A stretch of DNA of 64,000 nt from an uncultured Anaerovorax sp. (GCA_963521065.1 CAUQTI010000015.1:2095-66094); one strand, 5' to 3'; positions 51,265-60,727 are shown, counted from the stretch's first letter. The notes: generated by a model from the sequence alone, not told the origin. Numbers and translations are program-made.

Positions 51265-51320
51265 AAAAAAATACCATGCAAAAAATTTCCACTATGAATT
51301 TTATTGCACGGTATTTTTTT
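51265..51320. promoter_or_regulatory. Long imperfect palindrome: terminator and/or enhancer (UAS) for the NtrC-type regulator
   Basis: AAAAAAATACCATGCAAAAAATTTC...GAATTTTATTGCACGGTATTTTTTT with TGCA half-sites, about 200 nt upstream of the sigma-54 site. Confidence 0.55.
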
Positions 51321-51510
51321 ATGCATAAATTGAAACTGCAAATAATAAAATACATAGAATTTCTTTAAGTTGGACAAATTCCTCTTCAGAAAAAAATATC
51401 AGATTGAAAATGCTTGATTTGGAAGGGATAAAAGATTTTTCGCTGTATAAAAAGCGAACAAGAAAATGAAAAAATTAAAAAAATCTCTACCCTACTATGG
51501 GAGCTGTATG

Positions 51511-51527
51511 TTGGCATAAGGCTTGCT
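51511..51527 (+). promoter_or_regulatory. Sigma-54 (-24/-12) promoter
   Basis: TTGGCATAAGGCTTGCT = TGGCAnn-N4-TTGCT with canonical spacing, downstream of a GAFTGA activator gene. Confidence 0.88.
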
Positions 51528-51580
51528 ATATTATAAAAGTGAAATTATAGTTACAAGATATTTTTAATAGGAGGTAATTT

Positions 51581-53014
51581 ATGAAAAAAGAAACAAAGCG
51601 TTTGGAATTTTATGGCGGCGTATGGATGTCTTTTCTGCCGTTTATCGTGTTTTTGACGTTGATTGTCTTGACGACCTTTCATTGGGCATCTATTTCAGAC
51701 GGCGCCTTGTGGGTTCCTGCATTTGCGGCGCTGGCAATTCCTTTCTTCCTCGCAAAGAATAAGAAAGATTACGCGGATGCGGTCATTGAAGGGATGGCAA
51801 GCAAAGAAGCCATTATTCCTGTAGTCTGCTGGATTTTTGCAGGCGTATTCTCAAGAATTTTACGCATGTCTGGCCTTGCATCTGGTGTTGCGGGTGTTGC
51901 AGCCGGATTAGGGGTAAACAGTACTTTGTTCGCAGTGATTACCTTCATTGCATCCGCAGTCTTTGCAACGGCATCGGGAACTGGTTTCGGTACCATTGCA
52001 GCCGGAATGGGAGTTCTTTATCCGGCCGGTGTTGCGCTTGGAGGAAATCCGGGTCTGTTAGCGGGTGCCATCATATCCGGAGCTGCATTCGGGGACAACC
52101 TTGCACCTGTATCAGATACTACTATTTGCTCAGCGACTTCGCAAGGTGTTGACGTGCCGGGTGTTGTGCGTTCCAGACTAAAGTATGCTTTGGCAGCAGG
52201 AGCAATTACCATTGTAAGTATTTTGATCTATGGAATGATCAGCGGAGGGAGTGCCGGTGTTGTAAGCTCTTATGCGTATGATCCAAAGACATTAATGATG
52301 TTTATACCAGTTGTGATTACAATCTATGTAGCAATTAAAACAGGAGATATTATTATCGCAACCACAATCGGTTCTCTGATTGGAATCGTGACGGCCTGTG
52401 CATTTGGTCTTTTCGACTTTGTTCAGATTGATGCAGTGAATCCTACGGTTCCGGCAGTTATTTCAGTACATGGCGAAGGACTGGATCGTACGGTTGACGG
52501 GGTTATTTATACCGGCATTGCGAGTATGCTGCAAGTCTGTATTTTAGCACTTCTGTTGTTCGGCTCCATTTCAATCATGAGAAAAGGGCAAGGCGATATT
52601 CAATTACTGAATGCACTGGGGAAAGTAGCAAAGACTCCATTTTCAGCAGAGGTCACAATTTCGTTAATGGTTATTATACTTTCCGCACTGATGGGGCTCA
52701 ATGCACCTGCGATTTTGGCGGTCGGAGCTTCCTTTGCAAAACCAATGGCAAAGCAGCATGGGATCAGCCCTTACCGGACTGCAAATCTTATGGATGCACA
52801 ATCCAACACCTTATGCTATTGTCTTCCTTGGACTCCGGCGATGATTTATACGCTTGGATTCGCAGCGGACAGCAATGCACCGCTTAGCGCAGTTCAAATT
52901 ATGCCATTTGTATTCTATTCCTTTGCAATGCTAGCTGTCATGTTTATCAGTATGGTTCTTGGAATTGGAAGATACGATTTTATGGATAAAGTAAAAGAGC
53001 AGGAAGCGGCATAA
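51581..53014 (+). CDS. NhaC-family transporter (probable amino acid/organic solute transporter)
   Basis: Polytopic membrane protein with ATASGTGFGT and GAIISGAAFGDNLAPVSDTTI..A NhaC signature. Confidence 0.85.
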   Translation: MKKETKRLEFYGGVWMSFLPFIVFLTLIVLTTFHWASISDGALWVPAFAALAIPFFLAKNKKDYADAVIEGMASKEAIIPVVCWIFAGVFSRILRMSGLASGVAGVAAGLGVNSTLFAVITFIASAVFATASGTGFGTIAAGMGVLYPAGVALGGNPGLLAGAIISGAAFGDNLAPVSDTTICSATSQGVDVPGVVRSRLKYALAAGAITIVSILIYGMISGGSAGVVSSYAYDPKTLMMFIPVVITIYVAIKTGDIIIATTIGSLIGIVTACAFGLFDFVQIDAVNPTVPAVISVHGEGLDRTVDGVIYTGIASMLQVCILALLLFGSISIMRKGQGDIQLLNALGKVAKTPFSAEVTISLMVIILSALMGLNAPAILAVGASFAKPMAKQHGISPYRTANLMDAQSNTLCYCLPWTPAMIYTLGFAADSNAPLSAVQIMPFVFYSFAMLAVMFISMVLGIGRYDFMDKVKEQEAA

Positions 53015-53038
53015 ATTTAAAACATGCCCCCCATATAC

Positions 53039-53148
53039 TTGAAATAACCTTCCTTCAAGACGATTTGAAGCGGCATTCTGTTTCGCATTTGATAGAGCTG
53101 ACTTGAAGAACATGAGAGATGCGAGCGAGGCGGAGGAAGGTTTTTCAA
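53039..53148. repeat. About 110 bp element with terminal inverted repeats and internal stems
   Basis: TTGAAATAACCTTCCT at the left end pairs with AGGAAGGTTTTTCAA at the right end; internal TCGCATT/GATGCGA and CTTCAA/TTGAAG stems. Confidence 0.5.
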
Positions 53149-53311
53149 TATTATAAAAAGTTAATAGAAACTTAAGGAAAGAGGAACTCCGTTATGATAA
53201 AATAAAAAAAGGAGTTCTTTTTTGTCGAAAACAAATAAATGATTTGTAATAACATAAAAAATATTTTTTACCATTGTTTTTGGAAAAAAGATAAAAAATT
53301 TATAATTTCTT

Positions 53312-53340
53312 TGAAACATTTTAGGGATAAAGAGCGTCTA
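53312..53340 (+). promoter_or_regulatory. Putative ECF sigma promoter (SigM/W/V-like)
   Basis: TGAAAC-N17-CGTCTA ending 35 nt upstream of the ABC ATPase start. Confidence 0.6.
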
Positions 53341-53375
53341 ATTATATACAAGATGGGTAAAAGGGGACTTGCAAA

Positions 53376-54116
53376 ATGGGAAATCAGACGGTGCCGTCTT
53401 CCAGTGGTGAAAGAAAACCATTGATTGAAGTGAAACATGTACGGAAAATATACCGAATGGGCGATGAAAAGGTCGTCGCTTTAAACGATATCAATCTTAC
53501 AATTGAAAAGGGTGAAATTGCGTGTTTTCTTGGCACGTCGGGATCGGGAAAATCCACATTTCTCAATATGGTAGCCGGTTTGGAAAAGCCGACAAGAGGT
53601 GAGATTTTTATCGGGGGGATTCCGATTCATAAACTAAATGAAGCGAATGTAACTTTGTTTCGTCAGAAAAATATCGGTTTTATATTTCAGGCATATCACC
53701 TGATGACAATGATGACAGCGGTAGAGAATGTAAGCTTGCCGCTGATTTTTCGTGGAGTGGAAAAAAAGAAGCGCAACGCAGTGGCGAAGGAAATGCTTCA
53801 AGCGGTGGGACTGAAAGGCTACGAAAAGCGAAAGCCGTCTCAAATGTCGGGGGGGCAGCAGCAGCGCGTTGGAATCGCAAGAGCACTCGCAGGCAATCCT
53901 AAAATCATTTTTGCGGATGAGCCTACCGGTAATTTGGATACCAATACAACCAAAGAAGTGATGGATTTGATTGTGAATCAAGTAAGAAGGCACGATCAGA
54001 CCCTGATTCTGGTAACACATGATCGGAGCATTGCAAGTTATGCAGATAAGGTCGTTACCATTCAAGATGGCGATATTGTAAACATAGAACTGAAAAAGAA
54101 CGAAAAAAAATTATAA
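53376..54116 (+). CDS. ABC transporter ATP-binding protein (MacB/LolD-like)
   Basis: GTSGSGKST, IGFIFQ, MSGGQQQRVGIARAL, IFADEPTGNLD, VTHD. Confidence 0.93.
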   Translation: MGNQTVPSSSGERKPLIEVKHVRKIYRMGDEKVVALNDINLTIEKGEIACFLGTSGSGKSTFLNMVAGLEKPTRGEIFIGGIPIHKLNEANVTLFRQKNIGFIFQAYHLMTMMTAVENVSLPLIFRGVEKKKRNAVAKEMLQAVGLKGYEKRKPSQMSGGQQQRVGIARALAGNPKIIFADEPTGNLDTNTTKEVMDLIVNQVRRHDQTLILVTHDRSIASYADKVVTIQDGDIVNIELKKNEKKL

Positions 54117-54145
54117 GAGGGGACGAAGGAGGAAATTTCGTAACA

Positions 54146-56182
54146 ATGAATGGTGTGAATCAAAAAGAAACGCTGAGAGGATCAAAGCGTATGAGACAAT
54201 TTTTTAGCGGCTTTTTAGCGCTGTTATTAGCAGTCGGCTTTTTAAATTTTCCGGATGCTGTTTACGCGGCAGGCTCAATTAATATTCGACATATGGGAGG
54301 TTATTCCGGCGCACAAGGCGAAGAAGTAACGGTGAATATGGTAGTGGAGAATGCAACTGCTGATTCTCTGGAATTTGATAAAGCTACCTTGTATCTTTCC
54401 GGAGATGGGGTGTCTTCAAAAGAAATTAGCGGCAGTAAAATTACTGTGCTTGCAGGGAAAAATTACAGCTTGAATTTTAAAGCCAGTATTCGAAACTCGG
54501 CTGAAGTTGGGGACAGCAATTTGACAGTTACTCTGTACAACAATGACAAGGTGGTGGCATCCCAGTCGTTCAGTGATGATTTTGAAGTATATGATAAAAG
54601 TTCTGTGCCAAGCAGCGGCTATACAGGGGACTATATCGTCAGCTTTGACATTGAGTGTAATACCAACCATGCAGAGGGCCTGCTCGCCGGTTCCGATAAT
54701 GTTTTAACGGTAGAGCTCTTCAACAGAGGGAATACCTATGTAAAAAATACGGAGATCAGCTTGACTCTGCCGGAGGGAATTACGCCTTATCATTCTGCAG
54801 CTTCTGTGAATGCCGGTTATATTACAATCGGCAGCCGTTACACTGCGAAATTTCCGCTGACGGTCGATTCTAAGATGGAAAGCAAGAACTACCCGATTGA
54901 AGTAAACATATCCGGAGCGGATACAAGAAATTCTTCTCAAAGTGTAAAAAAAGTATTTTATCTGCCTGTTGTTGCAGGGAACAGTACATATTCCACAGAC
55001 AACGTCGAGGTTACGGACGTATCCATACCGAACCAGGTGCTTGGCGGGGATGATTTCACCCTTTCCTTTGCGGTAAAGAATCAAGGCAGTACAGATGCAA
55101 GTGATTTAAAAATATCGGTGGAAATGCCGGAGGGGATCGTCAATAAAACGAAAAATGTATTTTCTTTAAAGAAATTAGAGAAAAACAGTACAAAGAACTA
55201 TAGCGTTACCATGGTGTGTCCGGACAAGACAACCGAAAAATATTACTCCTTTAAGATTAGCGTAGAGCCGCTGAGCGGAAAAGAAGGCAGCGCCGTTTCC
55301 CAATTCGCAGGAACGCTTGTAAAGGGTGTCGCAGGGAATTCAAAGACGCCGCAGCTTATGGTGGAATCTTATAACTATGGAGGTTCTTATGTGCAGGCCG
55401 GGGATGAATTTATACTAGACTTAGGGATTTATAACACGAATAAAACACAGGATTTACAAAATATTAAGGTCACCGTTACTTCGGAAGATGGAACCTTTAT
55501 CCCTGTGCAGAGCAGTAATTCCTTCTATGTAGACGAGATAAAGGCGAAGCAGCGAACTGCACATTCTCTTCATATGACGACAAAACGTGACTCTGAGCAG
55601 AAAACCTCAAGCTTGACCGTCGATATGAGCTATGAGGACGGGGAAGGCAACGCACTTACCGCAAAAGATATTATTTCAATTCCGATTATGCAGGAAACGA
55701 GGCTTGTGATTGACGATATTATTGCTCCTTCTGAGCTTTACGCCGGAATGCAGACAGGAACTTCCTTAAAGTTTTACAATATGGGAAAAACCGTTTTAAA
55801 TAATCTGCGTGTGGATGTGAGCGGCGATTTTGACACGATGGAATCCAACCTCTACTACGTGGGGAATATGGAGGCCGGAAAGAGCGATTCCTTTGATTTC
55901 TCTTTTACGCCGAGGCAGGAAGGTGCAATGACGGGTATCGTTACCTTTATTTATGAAAATGCATCTGGGGAAGAAATGCGTTTTGAGAAGCCGTTTGAAT
56001 TTCAGGTTATGTCAGAAATGCCATTTGAAGACCCCGAAATGATGCCCGAAGAAGAAGTTAAAAAGAAGCCGTGGCTGGCAATTGGGATTGGAGCGGCAGC
56101 TCTGGTTGTAATCGGCGGATTTATTTTCTGGAAAAAGAGAAGGCAGAAAAAGCTTCATCAGGAGATGGAAATCGATGAATAA
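54146..56182 (+). CDS. COG1361-like protein: signal peptide, tandem Ig/CARDB-like domains, C-terminal membrane anchor
   Basis: Signal peptide ending AVYA, repeated beta-rich units (N.G...L.N..V), C-terminal TM followed by KKRR; lies between ABC ATPase and permease. Confidence 0.7.
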   Translation: MNGVNQKETLRGSKRMRQFFSGFLALLLAVGFLNFPDAVYAAGSINIRHMGGYSGAQGEEVTVNMVVENATADSLEFDKATLYLSGDGVSSKEISGSKITVLAGKNYSLNFKASIRNSAEVGDSNLTVTLYNNDKVVASQSFSDDFEVYDKSSVPSSGYTGDYIVSFDIECNTNHAEGLLAGSDNVLTVELFNRGNTYVKNTEISLTLPEGITPYHSAASVNAGYITIGSRYTAKFPLTVDSKMESKNYPIEVNISGADTRNSSQSVKKVFYLPVVAGNSTYSTDNVEVTDVSIPNQVLGGDDFTLSFAVKNQGSTDASDLKISVEMPEGIVNKTKNVFSLKKLEKNSTKNYSVTMVCPDKTTEKYYSFKISVEPLSGKEGSAVSQFAGTLVKGVAGNSKTPQLMVESYNYGGSYVQAGDEFILDLGIYNTNKTQDLQNIKVTVTSEDGTFIPVQSSNSFYVDEIKAKQRTAHSLHMTTKRDSEQKTSSLTVDMSYEDGEGNALTAKDIISIPIMQETRLVIDDIIAPSELYAGMQTGTSLKFYNMGKTVLNNLRVDVSGDFDTMESNLYYVGNMEAGKSDSFDFSFTPRQEGAMTGIVTFIYENASGEEMRFEKPFEFQVMSEMPFEDPEMMPEEEVKKKPWLAIGIGAAALVVIGGFIFWKKRRQKKLHQEMEIDE

Positions 56183-57512
56183 TTGGGATTTAATCAGTCT
56201 ATGCGGAAGAAACCTTCTGCGGAGGCGAACCAGAACTCTGTTGGCAATTATGGGAGTTGTTGTGGGGACCTGTGCAATTGTTGTTATGCTCTCCATCGGT
56301 TTCGGGTTGTCTGCCAGCTTTCAGGAACAAATCGAAAGCTATGGGAATCTGCATCTGGTGAATGTCCGCACGGGAGGCGGCGGAATGGGTTCTAACGCGA
56401 GTGGAGATAAGAAGCCCGCAGTACTGGATAATAAAACAATTTCAGAGATTGAGCGGATTGAAGGTGTAGATGCGGCTTCTCCAACGATCTCAGAATATTT
56501 AACTCTTGTTATTGGAAAATATATTGCACAATCAGAAGTGATTGGGATTCGTCCGGAAGTCATGCAGAAGTTTGGATACGATGTCGAGGACGGCCGCCTT
56601 TTACAGCAGGGAGATAAGTACGCTGTTGTCTTTGGAAATCAAGTGCCGACATGGTTTTACAACCCCAAGAAAACGCAGGATTATAGCTGGGGTGGTGAGC
56701 CTCAGGTAGATGTTCTTACCAACAAACTAATGATTACGGGAGATTATGAATACGGGCAGAAAAGACAAAGCTCTCCCGATGAAGAAAAAATTATATATCC
56801 GGAATACAAGGCAAAAGGCGTGGGGATTTTAGCAAATCCTAATGATGAGTCCGCGTGGAGCGCGTATATGAGCTTAGAGGGGCTGGAGCAAATTCAAAAA
56901 GATTTGAAAAAAGCAAGGAAAGAGAATACAGGTTTTCAGACAAAGGGATACGAGCAGGTTATGGTTTACGTTGGAAATATTAACGACGTGGAGGCCGTAA
57001 GTGAAACGATAAGAGGCATGGGCTTTCAGACAGACAGTTTGAATGACTGGCTAAAATCTATGCAGGATACGGCACGCATGATTCAAGGCATCTTGGGAGG
57101 AATCGGAGCGATTTCCCTTTTAGTGGCAGCACTTGGTATTACGAACACTATGATTATGTCTATTTATGAGAGAACGAAGGAAATTGGCGTCATGAAGGTC
57201 ATTGGTGCAAATTTGCGAGACATTAAAAGGATGTTTTTATTAGAAGCCGCAATGATTGGTTTTCTGGGGGGAATTACTGGATTGGCATTAAGCTATATCT
57301 TGTCGCTTTTAATGAATACAGTGCTCTTAGGAGCAATGAGCAGTGTTCTGGGAAGCATAGGCGGAGGAATGGGATCGACGGTTTCCATCATTCCATGGTG
57401 GGTTGCCGTAGGCTCGTTGATTTTCTCTACCTCAATTGGTGTTCTTTCTGGATATCATCCTGCACGCCGTGCGATGAATTTAAGTGCGTTAGAAAGCTTG
57501 AAAAATGAATAA
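56175..57512 (+). CDS. ABC transporter permease (MacB/FtsX family)
   Basis: RNLLRRRTRTLLAIMGVVVG, GITNTMIMSIYERTKEIGVMKVIGA, FLLEA, GYHPARRAM.L..LESLK. Confidence 0.92.
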   Translation: MNNWDLISLCGRNLLRRRTRTLLAIMGVVVGTCAIVVMLSIGFGLSASFQEQIESYGNLHLVNVRTGGGGMGSNASGDKKPAVLDNKTISEIERIEGVDAASPTISEYLTLVIGKYIAQSEVIGIRPEVMQKFGYDVEDGRLLQQGDKYAVVFGNQVPTWFYNPKKTQDYSWGGEPQVDVLTNKLMITGDYEYGQKRQSSPDEEKIIYPEYKAKGVGILANPNDESAWSAYMSLEGLEQIQKDLKKARKENTGFQTKGYEQVMVYVGNINDVEAVSETIRGMGFQTDSLNDWLKSMQDTARMIQGILGGIGAISLLVAALGITNTMIMSIYERTKEIGVMKVIGANLRDIKRMFLLEAAMIGFLGGITGLALSYILSLLMNTVLLGAMSSVLGSIGGGMGSTVSIIPWWVAVGSLIFSTSIGVLSGYHPARRAMNLSALESLKNE

Positions 57513-57551
57513 TAAAAATGGTTATATCCTGTGGAGTTAGGTGGTGGATCT

Positions 57552-57998
57552 ATGGAAAAAATCAAACAAAAAATTGGGAAGCTGGCAAATTTAGTCTTTT
57601 ACTTATGCAGTCTTTTGGAGGGGATTATTTCAATCATTATCTTACTGGTCATCGTGATAGAAACTATTTTTTTGGTAGAGCGGTTCGATGTCCTTGATTT
57701 TCAGAATATAGCGTCTGGGCAGATTAATTCACTTCTAGGCAGTATCCTTTGGCTGGTTATTGGATTGGAGTTTATTAAAATGCTCATGGAGCATTCACAT
57801 GGAGCGGTGTTAGAAGTCTTGCTTTTTGCGATTGCGCGGCAGATGATTGTCGAGCACACGTCTATGGTAGAAAATTTTTTCGCCGTTGCTGCGATTGCAG
57901 GTATTTTTGCAATCCGAAAATTCTTATATAATAAGGATGAGGACAAGGAGCCTGTTTTGGGAAGTAAGTTCTTCCCACCCAAACAAAAGCAAGAGTAA
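57552..57998 (+). CDS. Small membrane protein, PsiE-like
   Basis: Four TM segments with LVIGLEFIKML...H...VLEVLLFAIARQMIV pattern. Confidence 0.6.
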   Translation: MEKIKQKIGKLANLVFYLCSLLEGIISIIILLVIVIETIFLVERFDVLDFQNIASGQINSLLGSILWLVIGLEFIKMLMEHSHGAVLEVLLFAIARQMIVEHTSMVENFFAVAAIAGIFAIRKFLYNKDEDKEPVLGSKFFPPKQKQE

Positions 57999-58018
57999 AT
58001 GATGGAACAATAGAAAAA

Positions 58019-58053
58019 GAAGCGCGGTGACAAATCAATCACTGCGCTTTTTC
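58019..58053. terminator. Bidirectional terminator between convergent genes
   Basis: AAGCGCGGTGA-loop-TCACTGCGCTT flanked by A and T tracts. Confidence 0.7.
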
Positions 58054-58088
58054 GTATGTACAGAAAATAAAGTTTAACTGTTTTTAAA

Positions 58089-59204
58089 TTAGTTCTCTTG
58101 GAACAGATAGGCATTTACTGGATTTCCGAAATCAACACCATCCGCAACGTTTCCCCAAATCTCACTGTCGAGCGCAATGGAGAGCCAAGGTCTTTTTGAT
58201 TCCCCATCATAAAGATAAAAGGTATATTGTGTTCCGTGGGTAATATAATTTTCCCTATAAATCATTCGTCCTTTATCATCATAATGTATTTTGCCAAAGG
58301 AGTCAGCCGTTCCATATACCTCATCAGACCGTGTATAGTCTACGGTGCGAAGAAGACCATTTTTTTGGTAGGTGAGATTAATCTCGTTTAGAATATCAGA
58401 TTTGTTATTTGTGGCATCTGCAATTTTCACAAGCTTTTCGGATGTATCATAGGTGCATGTAAAGTCACGTCCGGGATTATTATTGTATAAATCAGCAGTA
58501 TAAGCAGTCCATTTTCCGTCGTCATCAAATTCAGTATAATCTTTGTAAATCCAAAATTTTTGATTTATGTTCAGGACATCCGCAGCAATACCATTATTAT
58601 TTCCTGTATTTTCATATTTTGTAATGAAAGGAAATGGAAGACTGCTTAGATACTCATAATCGATTGCAGCGACCAAATTTTTCTTTGTATCGAGCAGGCT
58701 CTCGTGACTTGTACGTTGTTGAGAGTCACAAGTGTAGGAAAGATAGCCTATGTTTTGAAAGTCACTTGAATTTATGGTTGTACAGATGATTGCATTCTGT
58801 GTTACATCTGCATTTTCAACCTGAATACCAGAAGGGCTGCCATAAAGGTAAAAAACAAAACTCATTTTCCCTTTTGCTTCTTCTGAATAATGCTCCACAA
58901 GGGGGCGTCCGTTATCGTACGTTACAGAGTCCGGAGCTTCTTTATAGGTTTCCGCTTTTTGAAGGTATTCCTTAATAAGCAGTTTTTTCTGTTTTTCTTC
59001 TAGAGAAGAAGAGAGATAAATTGTATCACGAAGTTTTTGCTCTCTTGCCTTTGAGTCAGAATCCCCCTCAAAATTATTATTAAAAGAGAGAATCGTCTGC
59101 ACCGCTTCTGGGGCGGGACTTTCCGTGTTATCGCCTGAATTTTGACTGGCACACGATGTAAATAAAATAGTGAAAACTACAATTGAAAACAAGATTCGTT
59201 TCAT
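58089..59204 (-). CDS. Hypothetical lipoprotein with YD-like beta-hairpin repeats
   Basis: Lipobox LFTSC after a short signal peptide; repeats such as YDTSEKLV, YQKNGLLR, YDDKGRMI, FDDDGKWT; RBS AAGGAG. Confidence 0.65.
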   Translation of the reverse strand: MKRILFSIVVFTILFTSCASQNSGDNTESPAPEAVQTILSFNNNFEGDSDSKAREQKLRDTIYLSSSLEEKQKKLLIKEYLQKAETYKEAPDSVTYDNGRPLVEHYSEEAKGKMSFVFYLYGSPSGIQVENADVTQNAIICTTINSSDFQNIGYLSYTCDSQQRTSHESLLDTKKNLVAAIDYEYLSSLPFPFITKYENTGNNNGIAADVLNINQKFWIYKDYTEFDDDGKWTAYTADLYNNNPGRDFTCTYDTSEKLVKIADATNNKSDILNEINLTYQKNGLLRTVDYTRSDEVYGTADSFGKIHYDDKGRMIYRENYITHGTQYTFYLYDGESKRPWLSIALDSEIWGNVADGVDFGNPVNAYLFQEN

Positions 59205-59347
59205 ACAAGTACTCCTTCACAGTATATAAGTGATTCCAGCAAACTAGCTCTTTCGGGGATTGTGCAATTTGTAAAGAACACATAAAAATTCCGAAGTATG
59301 CAAGCCTTTTTGCCGGATCAGTTGGCGCTTACATTTGTTGCTGTGTT

Positions 59348-59376
59348 ATTATACCAAAATATTCCGACAGATACAA
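59348..59376 (-). promoter_or_regulatory. Putative sigma-A promoter of the lipoprotein gene
   Basis: Minus strand TTGTAT-N17-TATAAT with extended -10 TG. Confidence 0.55.
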
Positions 59377-59449
59377 TAAATAAAATCTGAAGGAAGTGAT
59401 GTCAAGCGGTAGGTCGATTTATGTAATCGGCAAACTTAGAATAATCAGC

Positions 59450-59478
59450 TTGACTTACTTAGAAAAACAGAATATAAT
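59450..59478 (+). promoter_or_regulatory. Sigma-A promoter of rplM-rpsI
   Basis: TTGACT-N17-TATAAT, near consensus. Confidence 0.8.
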
Positions 59479-59484
59479 ATTCAT

Positions 59485-59660
59485 GCATTATGTGCAAAAT
59501 GTAATATTATATAAAAATACTAAGAGATCGTGTAAAGAGCCCTTTTACCGGGGGTTTTTAACATAAGGTACAGGCTGGTTACCGGCCGAGGCCGAAAGAA
59601 GTTATTGCAGTGTAACCGAACACGATTGCTAAAGCAATCTCAGTAGGTATGGAGGTAAAA
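59485..59660 (+). ncRNA. Structured rplM 5' leader (possible L13 leader)
   Basis: About 175 nt leader with hairpins GAGCCCTT..GGGGGTTT and GGCTGGT-T-ACCGGCC. Position fits an r-protein autoregulatory leader; not compared with a covariance model. Confidence 0.35.
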
Positions 59661-60089
59661 ATGAAGTCATTTATTGCAAAGCCTCATGAAGTGGAAAGAA
59701 AGTGGTATGTAATCGATGCTGAGGGAAAAACTCTCGGACGTTTAGCCACAGAAGTCGCTTCTGTATTAAGAGGAAAGAGAAAGCCAATCTACACACCGCA
59801 TGTGGATACAGGTGACTATGTCATCATTATCAATGCAGAGAAGGTAGAAGTAACCGGAAAGAAAAGAAAAGAGAAAATTTATAAGAGACATACGGGATTC
59901 CCGGGTGGTCTTCGTGAATTGACTTTTGAAAAGTTGCAGGCAAGAAAACCAGAAGAAATTATTCGCCATGCGGTGAAGGGCATGATGCCGAAGGGACCTC
60001 TTGGACGTGAAATGTACAAGAAGCTTAAGGTTTATGCAGGCCCAGAGCACAATCATGCAGCACAGAAACCAGAAATCTGGAATTATTAA
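59661..60089 (+). CDS. rplM: 50S ribosomal protein L13
   Basis: [60 protein letters not shown] at 59661 follows GGAGG. Confidence 0.97.
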   Translation: MKSFIAKPHEVERKWYVIDAEGKTLGRLATEVASVLRGKRKPIYTPHVDTGDYVIIINAEKVEVTGKKRKEKIYKRHTGFPGGLRELTFEKLQARKPEEIIRHAVKGMMPKGPLGREMYKKLKVYAGPEHNHAAQKPEIWNY

Positions 60090-60107
60090 TAAAGGGAGGA
60101 ATCAGAA

Positions 60108-60500
60108 ATGGCAAAAATGCAGTACTGCGGAACAGGCAGAAGAAAATCATCCGTTGCTAGAGTTCGATTGGTCCCTGGCAAAGGCACAATTACAATAAAC
60201 AAGAAGCCACTTGAAGAATACTTCGGGATGGAAATTGTTAAGAGAGAAGTAAGAAGACCGTTGGAAATCGCTGGTGTTGAAGGTCAATTTGACGTCATTG
60301 CTACGGTAAGAGGCGGCGGATTCACTGGTCAGGCTGGTGCGTTAAGACATGGTGTCTCCAGAGCACTTTGCGTTTTGGACATCGCGCATAGACCTGCTTT
60401 GAAATCAGCAGGGTTTTTAACAAGAGACCCAAGAATGAAGGAAAGAAAGAAATATGGACTGAAGAAAGCAAGAAAAGCTTCCCAGTTCAGCAAGCGTTAA
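60108..60500 (+). CDS. rpsI: 30S ribosomal protein S9
   Basis: [53 protein letters not shown]. Confidence 0.98.
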   Translation: MAKMQYCGTGRRKSSVARVRLVPGKGTITINKKPLEEYFGMEIVKREVRRPLEIAGVEGQFDVIATVRGGGFTGQAGALRHGVSRALCVLDIAHRPALKSAGFLTRDPRMKERKKYGLKKARKASQFSKR

Positions 60501-60513
60501 TTTGTTTCCATGT

Positions 60514-60542
60514 GGCGGCCGTATTTACGGTCGCCTTTTTTC
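60514..60542 (+). terminator. Intrinsic terminator after rpsI
   Basis: GGCGGCCGT-loop-ACGGTCGCC followed by a T tract. Confidence 0.85.
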
Positions 60543-60571
60543 ATCTAATGAGAAACATCGATTTTTATTAG

Positions 60572-60692
60572 ATGAAAAAAAGGTGGGCAGAGGGGGCACC
60601 CCTCGCCGAAAAAGGAGGGTGCTCAGCTCGCGCAGCGGGTGCCGAAGGGAACCATAGGGTTCCCTAGCGGAGTGGAGAAGCCACTTTTTCAT
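60572..60692. repeat. GC-rich multi-hairpin intergenic element (REP/MITE-like or structured RNA)
   Basis: Ends ATGAAAAAAAGGTGG and CCACTTTTTCAT are near-complementary; internal hairpins GAGGGG-GCA-CCCCTC, CTCGC-GCA-GCGGG and AGGGAACC-ATAG-GGTTCCCT. Confidence 0.55.
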
Positions 60693-60727
60693 ACAAAAGA
60701 AACAATAAGGGGAGGGAAAGATAGAAA

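Noticed and set aside
53239..53424. 61-aa ORF upstream of the ABC ATPase
   Set aside because: AT-rich intergenic sequence with no RBS or recognisable motif, overlapping the promoter and the ATPase start.
60572..60692. Lysine, SAM or c-di-GMP riboswitch, or tRNA
   Set aside because: Only short fragments (AGAGG, GCCGAA) resemble riboswitch motifs. Length and core motifs do not fit, and there is no T-loop or cloverleaf.
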